Shown here: positions 9,749-18,169 of the stretch, piece by piece
Numbering within the stretch: position 1 is the first letter of the stretch
Layout: the number at the start of each line of letters is the position of its first letter
DNA from: a virus
Taxonomy: Duplodnaviria > Heunggongvirae > Uroviricota > Caudoviricetes
Virus record (IMG/VR): IMGVR_UViG_2671180849_000019
Strand: one strand, 5' to 3'
Length of the DNA stretch: 34,380 bases
The notes under the pieces: generated by a model
Told to the model about the DNA's origin: nothing
The model's database searches: none
What the model saw: only the letters and a program-made list of their open reading frames with translations
Position numbers and translations under genes: made by a program

Positions 9749-10350
9749 GGATTCACTCTCATTGTGTCAATAACATGGACCGCCCCGCCTTCATGCGCGG
9801 TGCCACCGGAAATAATCGTTTCGTTGATATACGGATAGATCGTGATTTCTTCGCCAAGATAGCTGGCGGCTCCCACCCAATGCGGGCCGCTGGTCTGCAG
9901 ATTGATGGACATGCCGATCATGTGGCGGCTACATGGTTTGGCATCGCTTATCAGTCGCTCAAGTTCCAGATAGGTATCTTCAGTGATGCCCTGGTCCTGC
10001 ACGCCGATATCCAGGCGAAACGTGCCCGGTGTTTCTCCGGTCTGCCACCACTCAATAATGCGGATCAGGAATCCGAACGGCTCCACCACCCGCCGCACGG
10101 CACTGGTGGTCCCTTTATGCTGATGAATATAAAAAGCATCCTTCACCACCTGGCGCTTGACGCTTTCTGTCCAGCCCTCGTCCCAGCGATCCACAGAGAA
10201 CGCCCAGGCGAGATAAGGCAGGAAACTGACCGGACAGGTTGCCGGATTCCACAAGTCACGAAGCGGCACCTGCAGATCAGAAATCCCGCTGCAGGTTTGC
10301 GCCAGTCGGCGCTCCAGTGGTGTTGAACCCGGTGGCAGCAAACTATTCAT
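9745..10350 (-). CDS. I: baseplate protein gpI
   Basis: LLPPGSTPLERRLA...LWNPATCPVSFLPYLAWAFSVDRWDEGW...FYIHQHKGT matches P2 gpI as recalled. Confidence 0.9.
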   Translation of the reverse strand: MNSLLPPGSTPLERRLAQTCSGISDLQVPLRDLWNPATCPVSFLPYLAWAFSVDRWDEGWTESVKRQVVKDAFYIHQHKGTTSAVRRVVEPFGFLIRIIEWWQTGETPGTFRLDIGVQDQGITEDTYLELERLISDAKPCSRHMIGMSINLQTSGPHWVGAASYLGEEITIYPYINETIISGGTAHEGGAVHVIDTMRVNP

Positions 10351-11251
10351 CCGTTCCTCCGTTGGTTACGCTCCACTGCGTACATGATGCCGCCTGTGTT
10401 TTGTTCAGGACCACATCCGCCAGAGGAGAAGCCAGCTCCACACGCTGCACCCCCTCAACATGCAGGGCGGCAAAGATGGCGCTACGGCGAATATCCCGAC
10501 CAAGACGCGTCTGACTGGCGATGTACTTCTGCAGGCTGGCTTTTGCCGCTGCCATTACCGGCTCTGCTTCCGGTCCAGGATAGAGAAAAATGGTGGCTTC
10601 CACGCGATACGGGATGATTTCTGCGCTGCAAACCGTAAGACGGTCAGCCACCGGGCGGACGTTCTCACTGTTCAGAGCTTTTTCCACCACGTCCAGCAGG
10701 TCTTTTTCTGCAGTTCCATCGCCTTCGCGGCTAAGGACAGTCAGCACCACCTCTGCAGGTGCCGGGCTGGTTGCACTGGCATCCGCCACCCGACCGTCGG
10801 CGCTTCGGGCATGAAATTCATAAGCTGCAGTTGGCCCCGCAACAGAAAGCCCTTCAAAGGCTGCAGGCACACGCAGGCGTAACGCTTCATCGCTTTCCAT
10901 CACAGCTGCAACGGGCGGCACAGCATCATTATCAGCAGGCGTCACCGTCAGGCGTGTCACGTTGTAGTTGGCAGCGAGCTGGTCAAGATCGCCGCCCATC
11001 GCGTAAGCCACCATCACCGCCTGCGCGGCTTCGTTAATGCGCTGGCGCAGAAGCAACTCACGGTAAGCATTCTCCTGCAACAATTTAGTGGCGGGTTCAG
11101 ATTCCAGTTCCAGCGTGCGGATCACTGCTTCCTGCTCATCTTTCGGATGAAGCGCCACAAATTCTGCCTTGCGTTCGGCAAGCAGCGTCTCAAAGTCCGG
11201 CACATCCACAATCTGCGGTGCAGGCAACTGCGAAAGGTCAATCACTGCCAT
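10343..11251 (-). CDS. J: baseplate assembly protein gpJ (start taken at MAVIDLSQLPAP)
   Basis: MAVIDLSQLPAPQIVDVPDFETLLAERKA...LQENAYRELL...VEGVQRVELASPLADVVL is P2 J-like. The ORF track starts 13 codons upstream. Confidence 0.9.
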   Translation of the reverse strand: MAVIDLSQLPAPQIVDVPDFETLLAERKAEFVALHPKDEQEAVIRTLELESEPATKLLQENAYRELLLRQRINEAAQAVMVAYAMGGDLDQLAANYNVTRLTVTPADNDAVPPVAAVMESDEALRLRVPAAFEGLSVAGPTAAYEFHARSADGRVADASATSPAPAEVVLTVLSREGDGTAEKDLLDVVEKALNSENVRPVADRLTVCSAEIIPYRVEATIFLYPGPEAEPVMAAAKASLQKYIASQTRLGRDIRRSAIFAALHVEGVQRVELASPLADVVLNKTQAASCTQWSVTNGGTDE

Positions 11252-11597
11252 TCTCTGCTCCTGTTGATACGGAAAGGGACACAGGCACACCGTTATTCCG
11301 CCGCCCGGTCAGCTCCACCACCATTGAACCGTCAAAATTGCTGTTGATGGTGATGGAATCCAGCGTCAACCGTGGCTCCCAGCGACTCAGCGCCACATAC
11401 ACTGCCGACATGACCTGCAGGCGTAATGCCGGATTTTGTGGCTGATCTATCAGTGCCGACAGCAGGGAACCATATTCCCGGCGGGCAATACGGCTACCCT
11501 GCGGTGTCAGCAGAATGTCCCGCACCGACTGGCGCAGATGATCAATATCAGTAATGACTTTGCCGCTGGTATTGTTCATCCCGCTATAAAGCGTCAT
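11238..11597 (-). CDS. W: baseplate protein gpW
   Basis: 119-aa ORF, P2 W-like in size and position between V and J. Confidence 0.85.
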   Translation of the reverse strand: MTLYSGMNNTSGKVITDIDHLRQSVRDILLTPQGSRIARREYGSLLSALIDQPQNPALRLQVMSAVYVALSRWEPRLTLDSITINSNFDGSMVVELTGRRNNGVPVSLSVSTGAENGSD

Positions 11598-12172
11598 ACC
11601 GGGCCTCCGGTTGTATCGCCGCCTTTCAGGACGCCAGTATGCTGATGCGCATCAACCACGATCCCGTTAGAACTCATCGCTCCGCCGCCCTGGGTAACGC
11701 CACCATTGATCACCACTTCGCTGTTAATGCGCGTGCGGTCAGCCTCCAGTACAAACTCACTGGTTTTCATGGTGATGTTGTCAGCAGCCTCAATGACCAT
11801 TGATTTGATGCCCCTGACATACCAGCGCCCGGTGGCGGGTTCGTATTCAAACCAGCCACCGTCAGGATGTTCTGTCACGCAGGCGTCCGCCGACGTCGAC
11901 GGTGGTGCGAACTGATTCGAATAGACAGCGGGCAGCGCAAAGGCGGTTTCCAGATTGCCGCCCAGACTCAGCAGCACCACCTGCTCACCTTCCGATGGTC
12001 GCCACCATGTACGGGCATTCCCGGCACGCAGCGTCAGCCAGCTGATCCAGTTGGTTTCAAGCTCGCCCGTTTTCACCCGGCAAAGCCAGTTTTCCCTGTC
12101 CACTTCGGTGACTACCCCTGTGCGGATCAGGTTGGTGATAAGGCGCATGATTTCGGTTAATTGTGCGTTCAT
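11594..12172 (-). CDS. V: baseplate spike/hub protein gpV
   Basis: 192-aa ORF; ...HTGVLKGGDTTGGPV C-terminus and position match P2 V. Confidence 0.85.
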   Translation of the reverse strand: MNAQLTEIMRLITNLIRTGVVTEVDRENWLCRVKTGELETNWISWLTLRAGNARTWWRPSEGEQVVLLSLGGNLETAFALPAVYSNQFAPPSTSADACVTEHPDGGWFEYEPATGRWYVRGIKSMVIEAADNITMKTSEFVLEADRTRINSEVVINGGVTQGGGAMSSNGIVVDAHQHTGVLKGGDTTGGPV

Positions 12173-12218
12173 AGGGAAAGGTTGCCATCAGGGGAAGAAA
12201 GGCGGCAGTGCTGCAACT

Positions 12219-12236
12219 TGTATCAGTGCTGATACA
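12219..12236 (-). promoter_or_regulatory. TGT-N12-ACA dyad between S and V (candidate late promoter activator site)
   Basis: TGTatcagtgctgatACA in the 68-bp S-V intergenic region, where P2 has its PV late promoter. Confidence 0.4.
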
Positions 12237-12240
12237 AAGA

Positions 12241-12687
12241 TCACCCCGCCAGCCATTGCAGAATCATGTCGCGGGTCATTGCCTCAACATCATCATTTAC
12301 ACCCAGAAGGCGACGCTCTGCGTAACGCACCTCCGGTCCCTTACGACTGACGCGATCTCGCAGGCCGTAATGGTGAACGCGGGCAATGCGCTGCACCTTG
12401 CCTTCAAACTGCACGCTGGCAGAGTCGGTGCTGGCGGCAGTTTTCAGGTATTTTGTGGTGCGCAGCTTTGCAAACATCTGACGTTTGATACGGCCTTTTT
12501 TACTGCGTGCTGTTACCCGTCGCGGTTCATAGCTGCTGCCGTCAGGGTTGCGCTGCATCCTGATATTCTGCTGCTGTGTCCGGCGAAGTTCCTGCGCCAG
12601 CTGGCGCATCATGCGGCTTCTCGAGGCTGGTTCCAGATTCGCCAGCAAGGCACTCAGCCAGTCGTCCACCTTCTGCAGTTCAGCCAC
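12241..12687 (-). CDS. S: tail completion protein gpS
   Basis: 148-aa ORF in the P2 S position. Confidence 0.85.
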   Translation of the reverse strand: MAELQKVDDWLSALLANLEPASRSRMMRQLAQELRRTQQQNIRMQRNPDGSSYEPRRVTARSKKGRIKRQMFAKLRTTKYLKTAASTDSASVQFEGKVQRIARVHHYGLRDRVSRKGPEVRYAERRLLGVNDDVEAMTRDMILQWLAG

Positions 12688-13132
12688 GTTTCACCGTCCA
12701 CATTTCTTCAGGTGCATCAGGTTCCGCTATAGCTTCAACGCTCGACACACTGCCGTCAGTGCTGACCAGCACACGTTCCGTCAGTTGCAGGTTCAGGCTG
12801 ATATCACAGACATCGTTGCGCAGAATATCCACCTCAAAGGTGAATAGCTTTTCCCGTAACGCCGGGTTATTGATGGCATCGGGCTGGTTATCCCTCAGCC
12901 ACAGCAAAACCGGGGCCATCAGCAGATTCTGGTCGCCGCTGAAATCCTCAATCACCGCGTTCAGTGTGTAACGGTACTCCCACGACATGGAGCTGGCCCC
13001 CGTGGCAACCAGCGAACCGTTATCCACAAACAGATGCAGTTTGTCCGGGTTATTGCGGACATAAGGCACCGCTTTATTGAGGGCGTGGCGCAGGGATTGT
13101 GGTTTGTTCACTGTTTCGCTCCTGACACGCAA
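12680..13132 (-). CDS. R: tail completion protein gpR
   Basis: 150-aa ORF in the P2 R position, overlapping S. Confidence 0.85.
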   Translation of the reverse strand: MRVRSETVNKPQSLRHALNKAVPYVRNNPDKLHLFVDNGSLVATGASSMSWEYRYTLNAVIEDFSGDQNLLMAPVLLWLRDNQPDAINNPALREKLFTFEVDILRNDVCDISLNLQLTERVLVSTDGSVSSVEAIAEPDAPEEMWTVKRG

Positions 13133-13364
13133 TAATCATGTCCACTTTGTCTGCACAGACCGCCCAGGCGGCCTCCGTTTCATCCAGCAACGCGTTCAGA
13201 TCACCGTTAGTGCGCGGCGTTGCCTGATCCAGCCGACACGGCGTCACTCGCGGACAACCACTGACGGTAAGCCATACCTCCGGTGAGTGCCGGACGTTTC
13301 CGCAGCCGGATAATGTCAGCAGGCAAAGGAGTATCAGCCCAGCGGCGTAAATCCTCGTTCTCAC
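13074..13364 (-). CDS. lysC: LysC / Rz1-like outer-membrane lipoprotein (spanin), overlapping the 3' end of lysB in another frame
   Basis: Signal peptide with lipobox (MRTRIYAAGLILLCLLTLSGC). Starts inside lysB and extends past its stop, as in P2 lysB/lysC. Confidence 0.7.
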   Translation of the reverse strand: MRTRIYAAGLILLCLLTLSGCGNVRHSPEVWLTVSGCPRVTPCRLDQATPRTNGDLNALLDETEAAWAVCADKVDMIIACQERNSEQTTIPAPRPQ

Positions 13365-13635
13365 GTTTCAGTTCCTCGATCCGGTGTTGTCGTTGTCTCA
13401 GCAGCGTGCTGGTCTGTTCTGCTTCGGCATAGAGCCGCGCCTGCTCCCGGTTATTGGTTTCAGTCAGAATGGACAGGCTGATAAGCTGGCTGTTGCTCTT
13501 TGCCAGTGCCTGGCTTTTGCTCTGCAGCTCGTCTGCCTGCGTGCTGATGGTCTGGCTGGCATCAGCCAGCCGCCACGTCTGCCAGCCCAGCGCCGCCAGT
13601 AATAACGCCAGCACAACCAGCAGCAACCGGTTCAT
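13207..13635 (-). CDS. lysB: LysB / Rz-like inner-membrane spanin
   Basis: N-terminal TM segment (LLLVVLALLLAALGW) followed by a charged coiled-coil region; position after lysA. Confidence 0.75.
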   Translation of the reverse strand: MNRLLLVVLALLLAALGWQTWRLADASQTISTQADELQSKSQALAKSNSQLISLSILTETNNREQARLYAEAEQTSTLLRQRQHRIEELKRENEDLRRWADTPLPADIIRLRKRPALTGGMAYRQWLSASDAVSAGSGNAAH

Positions 13636-14009
13636 GCTGCTACCTGTTTCGCCATCTGATTACGGGTGATCCAGAAGGCAATAACGGTCAGTAGATAAAA
13701 GACCAGGGTAATAGCCCACCCCGTCCAGGCGAGACTTACAACAATCAGCAATCGCATCACCCAACTGATAAATACGTTTTCTTTTCGGGTAATTGTCTTC
13801 AGTAAAGATGCCCTTAACTCCTGCCAGAGCGGGCCATTCTTAATTAACGCAGCCAGTGCTACCGGAATTACCGCCCATGTCAGCAAACAGGCTACCCAAA
13901 CGCCGGACGCTGCCAGTACCGGAAAAATCCCCTGCGGATACACCATTGCTGCGATTAACAGCGCCATCCATAACATCAGAAACAGTCCGCTGATTAATTT
14001 CTTTTTCAT
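13632..14009 (-). CDS. lysA: LysA-like membrane protein (lysis timing); start taken at MKKKLISGLF
   Basis: Multi-TM small protein directly downstream of the endolysin. The ORF-track start at 14081 would overlap the endolysin by 70 bp. Confidence 0.6.
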   Translation of the reverse strand: MKKKLISGLFLMLWMALLIAAMVYPQGIFPVLAASGVWVACLLTWAVIPVALAALIKNGPLWQELRASLLKTITRKENVFISWVMRLLIVVSLAWTGWAITLVFYLLTVIAFWITRNQMAKQVAA

Positions 14010-14010
14010 T

Positions 14011-14523
14011 TCAGTTTGCTCCCTGTAAACACCAGGCCATCTCCCGCGCACGGCGGTTATCCAGCCCCTGATTAAACACACCTTTTACATAAACCCAGCG
14101 CGGCAACTGTCGGCACGCATCCGCCCAGAGCCGCTGATTGAGTAATTTCACCAGTGTGGAACTGCAGGCATTGCCCGTTCCCACGTTGAAGGCAAACGAC
14201 ACCACCGCGTCATACACCTTTTGCGGCGGCTGTTGCTTCACACACCTTTCCAGTGCCCGCTCCACACGCAGCACGTTGGAAATCAGCCCTTCTGCTGCCT
14301 GTCGTTCCGTGATTGTTTTGCCGGGAATGACGCCCGATGTATTACCAATGCCGTCGGTCCAGACACCTGCACTGCACTGATACGGCTGCAGACGGCAGCC
14401 TTCGTAATCGGCAATTAGTTTCAGCCCCTCCACGGAGGTGTGAAGCTGCTGAAAACCCGGCAACGTAGCTGCAATAGCCAGCACGGCCCCGACAAGGCAG
14501 CGTTTAACGATTGATGGATTCAT
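14011..14523 (-). CDS. K: endolysin, lysozyme family with N-terminal signal-anchor-release (SAR) domain
   Basis: N-terminal hydrophobic segment (CLVGAVLAIAATLPG) and motifs GVWTDGIGNT, FAFNVGTGN and QLPRWVYVKG, resembling phage 21/P1-type SAR lysozymes. Confidence 0.85.
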   Translation of the reverse strand: MNPSIVKRCLVGAVLAIAATLPGFQQLHTSVEGLKLIADYEGCRLQPYQCSAGVWTDGIGNTSGVIPGKTITERQAAEGLISNVLRVERALERCVKQQPPQKVYDAVVSFAFNVGTGNACSSTLVKLLNQRLWADACRQLPRWVYVKGVFNQGLDNRRAREMAWCLQGAN

Positions 14524-14719
14524 AGTCCTCCCGCGAGATCTGCCCGTCGCGCAGAAGCTGGTAGGCTTTATGTTTGTAGTACCAGTTGATAGCCAGCATC
14601 AGCACACCAATCATCAGGCCGCCCAGCGTTGAGGCATCCTTGATGGACAAATCGCCCAGCCAGGCCAGCACGACGGCGATGCAATACGTGATAAAGGCGC
14701 TGATTCGCTCAAGCGTCAT
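14504..14719 (-). CDS. Y: holin (small two-TM protein, possibly pinholin)
   Basis: 71 aa with two hydrophobic segments and a charged C-terminus, immediately upstream of the endolysin. Confidence 0.7.
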   Translation of the reverse strand: MTLERISAFITYCIAVVLAWLGDLSIKDASTLGGLMIGVLMLAINWYYKHKAYQLLRDGQISREDYESINR

Positions 14720-14722
14720 AAT

Positions 14723-14926
14723 TCAGTCCCATAGCTGGACGGTCTGCACGGTGGTGGTGGTCGGAATGTCCGGCAGCTCCACCTGCAGCCCGTGAGGTAA
14801 AAAGGGGCCGTATTCGGCAAGCCCCGGATTTGCCTTCAGTACCTGCTCCGTGACACCCTGCGTGCGCCCGTAATGACGCCAGCAAAGTGCGTCCACCGTG
14901 TCATACTGATGCGCACGCACTTTCAT
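14723..14926 (-). CDS. X: tail protein gpX
   Basis: 67-aa ORF in the P2 X position between L and the holin. Confidence 0.8.
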   Translation of the reverse strand: MKVRAHQYDTVDALCWRHYGRTQGVTEQVLKANPGLAEYGPFLPHGLQVELPDIPTTTTVQTVQLWD

Positions 14927-15453
14927 CAGATAAGCTCCACTGTGCAGTGCGGCGCATCCTGCACCCGGCTGATGGCCCAGCGGGCGTCACGCCATAAATC
15001 ACCGCTTGCTTCCGCCAGTTCCTCGCCTCGCTTCGCACCGGATGCCGTGGCGTCATAGTCCTGGTAACGTTCGTTGAGCATGGCGCGTGCCCAGCAGTAA
15101 ACCGCGTTGAAATAGTGCTGAATGCGCTCGCTTTTGCCGTCCAGTTGTTCCGCCGGGACTTCTGCCAGCGAGGCATACCCCAGCATCTGCTGGCGTCTGC
15201 GAAACTCATACAGCTCTGCGTTGACCTCCGAAATTGCCGACAGCGCAACCTGCTTTAAACGCGGCTGCGTCACCGTGCCGTCAGTGCGCATGACACTGCG
15301 AAACTCCGACAGGTCCACATCAGGCCAGAACGGCGTATTTCTGATGATTTCCGCCTGTTCCGGTGCCTGTTCTGGCGCAACAAACTTCATGCTGCTTTCT
15401 CCTGAAATAGAGGGCGGTGGACGGGGTTTTGATGTGGCAGTGCCTTTCGCCAC
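14926..15453 (-). CDS. L: head completion protein gpL
   Basis: ...NAELYEFRRRQ...DLWRDARWAISRVQDAPHCTVELI resembles P2 L. Start could instead be the internal MKFVAPEQ at 15390. Confidence 0.85.
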   Translation of the reverse strand: MAKGTATSKPRPPPSISGESSMKFVAPEQAPEQAEIIRNTPFWPDVDLSEFRSVMRTDGTVTQPRLKQVALSAISEVNAELYEFRRRQQMLGYASLAEVPAEQLDGKSERIQHYFNAVYCWARAMLNERYQDYDATASGAKRGEELAEASGDLWRDARWAISRVQDAPHCTVELI

Positions 15454-15485
15454 CCCGTGCCGCCCGTGCGCGGGGGCACGTTCTG

Positions 15486-16136
15486 TCAGCGGCTGTCATT
15501 GCGCAGTCTGCGCTCCAGCTGCTGTTTGTCTTTTTTCACGCCACAGCGGGGATCGAGCTGTAACGCATGGTTGAGATGATTAAGGGCAGACGCCGGATTG
15601 CCTTCACTCAGGACCGCGCCAATCGCTTTATGCAGACGCGCCCGTGACTGATCCGGCATATCCAGACCGTCTGTCAGCTCCAGCGTCTGCAGCAACAGAT
15701 CGGCATCAAAGCCGGTGGCAGCAAGCATTGCGCTCTGCGCCGCGTCTGCCATTTCCTCTGCCAGCACGGTCTGCACGTTGCGGTTACCCAGCGGCATCAC
15801 CCAGCCATGACGCAGGGCATGACGCCCGATCTCCAGCGCCCCGGCATAATCTCCGGCATCAATGCGCCACAGCATCACGTACATCAGCACGTCATCCTGT
15901 TGAGCGCCTCCGGCAGCCAGAACGCCCTCCGCCCAGGCGGCATATTTCGGCAGCAGCTCCACCTTTATTTCCGCTTTTTTCACCGTGGACTGAACGCCCT
16001 TGAGACGGCGGCGGTCTTCCGCCAGTTGCAGCAGCATCAGGTCATAGCCCGACGCGTGGCGAACACTGCCGCCCTCACGGGCGGCCTGTTCAGCCTGAAC
16101 GCGCAGGCGATGCTGCCGTGCGGGACTCAGGCTCAT
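15486..16136 (-). CDS. M: terminase endonuclease (small) subunit gpM
   Basis: 216-aa ORF between N and L, in the P2 M position. Confidence 0.85.
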   Translation of the reverse strand: MSLSPARQHRLRVQAEQAAREGGSVRHASGYDLMLLQLAEDRRRLKGVQSTVKKAEIKVELLPKYAAWAEGVLAAGGAQQDDVLMYVMLWRIDAGDYAGALEIGRHALRHGWVMPLGNRNVQTVLAEEMADAAQSAMLAATGFDADLLLQTLELTDGLDMPDQSRARLHKAIGAVLSEGNPASALNHLNHALQLDPRCGVKKDKQQLERRLRNDSR

Positions 16137-16139
16137 GGA

Positions 16140-17198
16140 TTACGCTCCGGTTTCTGCTGCGGCGGCGCTGAAGTCGCCAATCTGGATGTTTTCCACCAGT
16201 GCGGCGCAGCGGTAGTCCTCAACCACATAGGCTTCGTTAACGGATTCAAAATTTTCAATCCGGTCACGTTTCGGGTTGTCGATAACTGAACGGCGGCGGG
16301 TGTCTTCCTGCCAGTAGATGGACAGGTTATCCAGACGGGTGATTAGCAACGCATTCGGCGGGAAGAACGGCGCACGCACGGCCTGCAGGCCACCCATGCG
16401 TTTCTGACTGATGATCATATCGGCAGCGAGTTTTTCACTGTTTTCCTGCTCTTTGTTGACCAGCGGGAAATACTTGTCAGACAGCAGTTCACGACCGCAA
16501 ATCACCACCAGATCGTCATCGTCCTGGTAGACCACGTCGATAAGCTCATTAACGGCATCCATCACCACGGCGTCCAGGTTGGCATATTCGCCACCTTTAC
16601 CGACTTTCACCGCGCCCGGTGTGGTTTCACCGCCCGTGGTGGTGCTGCCCATGACGTGATCCGGTGCATCCTCACGGATTTTCTGCAGCCAGCCTTTATT
16701 CACATCCTGCAGCAGCGGGTTTTCGCTACGGTTGGAGGTTTTCGCACGCTTCACGCCGTTAAAGCCGATCATGATGCGGTCCAGTGCCTGACGTTTCACG
16801 ATGGCGTTACGGATACGCACCTGGAAATCCTGAAACTTCGCCCACAGGTCCAGCTTCGCGTAGGTCAGCACCGTGTCAAAGTTAGTCTGCTCGCATTTAT
16901 ATTCCACATCGACCATCAGCGTCGGATCGACAGGCTCACGCTCTTTCGCGGTGGTATCAGTGGTTCCGGCAATGGTGCTGCCAACACCCAATCCAAGCAG
17001 CTGACCGGACTGCTCAGTCACTGGCGTAACGTTAATCAGCGTCAGGAATGCGGCGGACTGCTGGATCTGGTCTTCCAGCGTCTGCTGTACAGACGGCTCT
17101 ACGGTGAATTTGCTGGACAGTTCTTCAACTGCCACACCGTTCAGACGCGCCAGCTGCTGCAGGTAAGCGTTAAAAGCAAAGCGGGTATTCTTCTTCAT
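16140..17198 (-). CDS. N: major capsid protein gpN
   Basis: 352-aa ORF, P2 N-like in size and position. Confidence 0.9.
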   Translation of the reverse strand: MKKNTRFAFNAYLQQLARLNGVAVEELSSKFTVEPSVQQTLEDQIQQSAAFLTLINVTPVTEQSGQLLGLGVGSTIAGTTDTTAKEREPVDPTLMVDVEYKCEQTNFDTVLTYAKLDLWAKFQDFQVRIRNAIVKRQALDRIMIGFNGVKRAKTSNRSENPLLQDVNKGWLQKIREDAPDHVMGSTTTGGETTPGAVKVGKGGEYANLDAVVMDAVNELIDVVYQDDDDLVVICGRELLSDKYFPLVNKEQENSEKLAADMIISQKRMGGLQAVRAPFFPPNALLITRLDNLSIYWQEDTRRRSVIDNPKRDRIENFESVNEAYVVEDYRCAALVENIQIGDFSAAAAETGA

Positions 17199-17214
17199 CA
17201 GGTTTTGTGCTCCA

Positions 17215-18027
17215 TCAGCAATTGGTCAGAGTGTCAGCGGGGGCGTTACCGCCTGTTGCACGTTGGCGGTAGTCCTGGCGGCTGTCTTCATGACTCAGCT
17301 TATTCACCAGTTCGTTAAAGGCGGTCTGCTGTGCCTGCAGGGCAGTCTCCAGCTCAGACAGGGATTTTTCGGTACGCACACTCAGGTTTTGCTGCTCAGT
17401 GGCGACCAGCTCCACGGCCTTATGCACATCAGAGAACCGGGCGTCATCGGACTGCTCTTTTTTGGTAAACAGCGCCGTGACACGGGCAAACAGGGACGGT
17501 TTGTCCTCCTGGATTTCTTCCAGTTCGATCACCGTTTCCTCTGCAGCGGTAAAAAGATTGGCGGGATTCTGCTTGCGGTTTGCCAGCGGGTTATGGGCTG
17601 CACTGGCGCTGAATGTCAGCATTTCCGTACCCAGACTGGCAGGGTCATCAGTGGCAGCCAGGCCGACCAGGTAGGCTTTGCCCGTATCAGCAAACTTCGG
17701 GCTGACTTCCATAGAGGTGAATAATTTCTGGCCTTTTTTCACCAGTTCCACCAGGGACTCCGTTGGCTCAACGTCGGCATACAGCGCCATCTTGCCTGCC
17801 AGCGGACCTTCCGTGATTTCTTCAGCAAACAGCGCCGTCACCTTGCCGTAGCGGTTAAAGGTGCTGTCCGGCAGATAAGACTTGATGTGCTCAAGGTTAA
17901 TCAGCGCGGTATACACCGCCGGGTTGTAGCTGGCTGCCATCTGTTCCAGCCATTCACGCTGGATTTCGCGTCCGTCGGTGGTGGCACCTTCCACCCCGAT
18001 GCGAAAACGCTTTGTTTTCACTGTCAT
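17215..18027 (-). CDS. O: capsid scaffolding protein gpO
   Basis: 270-aa acidic, coiled-coil-rich ORF, divergent from P, in the P2 O position. Confidence 0.9.
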   Translation of the reverse strand: MTVKTKRFRIGVEGATTDGREIQREWLEQMAASYNPAVYTALINLEHIKSYLPDSTFNRYGKVTALFAEEITEGPLAGKMALYADVEPTESLVELVKKGQKLFTSMEVSPKFADTGKAYLVGLAATDDPASLGTEMLTFSASAAHNPLANRKQNPANLFTAAEETVIELEEIQEDKPSLFARVTALFTKKEQSDDARFSDVHKAVELVATEQQNLSVRTEKSLSELETALQAQQTAFNELVNKLSHEDSRQDYRQRATGGNAPADTLTNC

Positions 18028-18105
18028 GAGCCGTGCTCCGTTAGAAAAAACTTACTGGAGCCTTATGGTTGCGGTGATGGGGGCAGTGAAACAATGCGCG
18101 GTATT

Positions 18106-18123
18106 TGTACCGACAACCACACA
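18106..18123 (-). promoter_or_regulatory. TGT-N12-ACA dyad in the O/P divergent promoter region (candidate PO activator site)
   Basis: TGTaccgacaaccacACA, centred about 87 bp upstream of the O start codon. Confidence 0.4.
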
Positions 18124-18169
18124 AACCGCAGGCGGGGAAAGCCGTCATTCAAGGCTGTAGGTTTGTGCC

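Noticed and set aside
12219-12236. The inverted repeat TGTATCAG-tg-CTGATACA read as an intrinsic terminator after S
   Set aside because: No U-tract follows on the coding strand; the TGT-N12-ACA form and its position fit a late-promoter activator site better.
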